Below are positions 63,442 through 64,000 of a stretch of 64,000 bases of DNA, in pieces. Origin of the DNA: a virus. Taxonomy: Duplodnaviria > Caudoviricetes. Numbering within the stretch: position 1 is the stretch's first letter; every line of letters starts with the position of its first letter. Under the pieces are notes generated by a model, which saw only the letters and a list, made by a program, of their open reading frames with translations, was not told the origin of the DNA and did not search any database. The translations under genes and the position numbers were made by a program. The stretch is taken from IMG/VR virus record IMGVR_UViG_3300020576_003018, positions 1 through 64,000 of that record; one strand, written 5' to 3'.

Positions 63442-63728
63442 CACAATCCAACAATCCGTTTGAAAAGTTCACAGGGAAGCTTGTGAGATGCTCCTACGCT
63501 GTTCGTTTGGAGACAGATTATTCTGGTGGATATGACAGAATCCCAGCTCAAACCATCTTTCTTGTTCTTGATACGAGTGATGTTGGGTACTGCTGGGAAG
63601 AAGAAGCAAGTCCGGGTGATTTACGATGGGGGTTCGGTTTGAAGGTTTTGACTGCCGAAGGAGTTTTTGAAACCCAAGAAGTCATTCTTGAGTCACTCAC
63701 CATCGTAGAAACAGAAGACAAGGAATAA
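63438..63728 (+). CDS. Small paralog-family protein
   Basis: FTGKLVR...IFLVL...KVLTAEG...LTIV. Confidence 0.7.
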   Translation: MTQSNNPFEKFTGKLVRCSYAVRLETDYSGGYDRIPAQTIFLVLDTSDVGYCWEEEASPGDLRWGFGLKVLTAEGVFETQEVILESLTIVETEDKE

Positions 63729-63735
63729 GCCAACA

Positions 63736-64000
63736 ATGCCACCAGCCAAAACAAACAAATCCGGAATCAGGAAAGTTAGAGTTTCCAAAAAAGAGATCGA
63801 AGCTTCTCAATCGAAAACCAAAGAAGAATTGTTGTTGGTTTCCTACCACAGACCAACAACTCCGGACGGCAGACTCAGGGATGACTTTTCAACAGACCCC
63901 GCAATCATGTTTTTTGAAGCCTTGTCTTTTGGCAAAAACCTCACACTAAGAGCAGAATCTATTTGTAGCGGTTCTCTCGTTCTTTCAATTGGCAGAATTA
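63736..64000 (+). CDS. Hypothetical protein, partial
   Basis: ATG 63736 (MPPAKTNKSG...) is open to the window end. Confidence 0.55.
   Translation, partial: MPPAKTNKSGIRKVRVSKKEIEASQSKTKEELLLVSYHRPTTPDGRLRDDFSTDPAIMFFEALSFGKNLTLRAESICSGSLVLSIGRI

Noticed and set aside
35064-63728. Diversity-generating retroelement driving the paralog array
   Set aside because: No reverse transcriptase and no template/variable repeat pair differing only at adenines in this window; the rest of the genome is not visible.
1-64000. tRNA or rRNA genes
   Set aside because: No intergenic segment showed a T-loop (GTTCRA) with a cloverleaf and acceptor stem, and the gaps are mostly too short.
1-64000. Stop-codon reassignment
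   Set aside because: Long ORFs are intact in the standard code, and TAA, TAG and TGA all end genes that abut or overlap the next start.

Overview
The window is a gene-dense segment of a large tailed dsDNA phage, most likely a jumbo myovirus, read in the standard genetic code. (1) 1-25.3 kb, minus strand: virion and baseplate genes (gp25-, gp6/J- and gp5/Vgr-like), a late-type sigma factor, a 12-gene glycosylation cluster, a Cas4-like nuclease and an IMPDH/GMP-reductase-family enzyme. (2) 25.4-35 kb, mixed strands: RNA ligase, Nudix hydrolase, TnsA/gp4-like nuclease, RuvC-like resolvase, ADP-ribosyltransferase, ferritin-like protein and metallophosphoesterase. (3) 35-64 kb, plus strand: roughly 40-45 small, divergent, translationally coupled paralogs (G[K/G/D]L[Y/V]...GD.F.V...DG..G[W/F]...LEEV) interleaved with MnmA, a deaminase, a DEDDh exonuclease, a polynucleotide kinase, an amidoligase, T4 Rnl1-like ligase and an ART-pentapeptide fusion. 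The most unusual signals are: (a) a dispersed 19-45 bp repeat in four same-orientation copies, two of them translated in frame inside proteins (VEDNQKRD); (b) about seven slippage-type frameshifts and two in-frame tandem duplications confined to the accessory half; (c) a set of sigma70-like promoters whose -10 box sits mostly 6-7 nt from the ATG (leaderless) in front of RNA-repair genes and paralog blocks; (d) a separate TAYTTA motif in front of probable late genes. No tRNA, rRNA, CRISPR array or reverse transcriptase was seen. All product calls come from motif recognition by eye; no database search was run.
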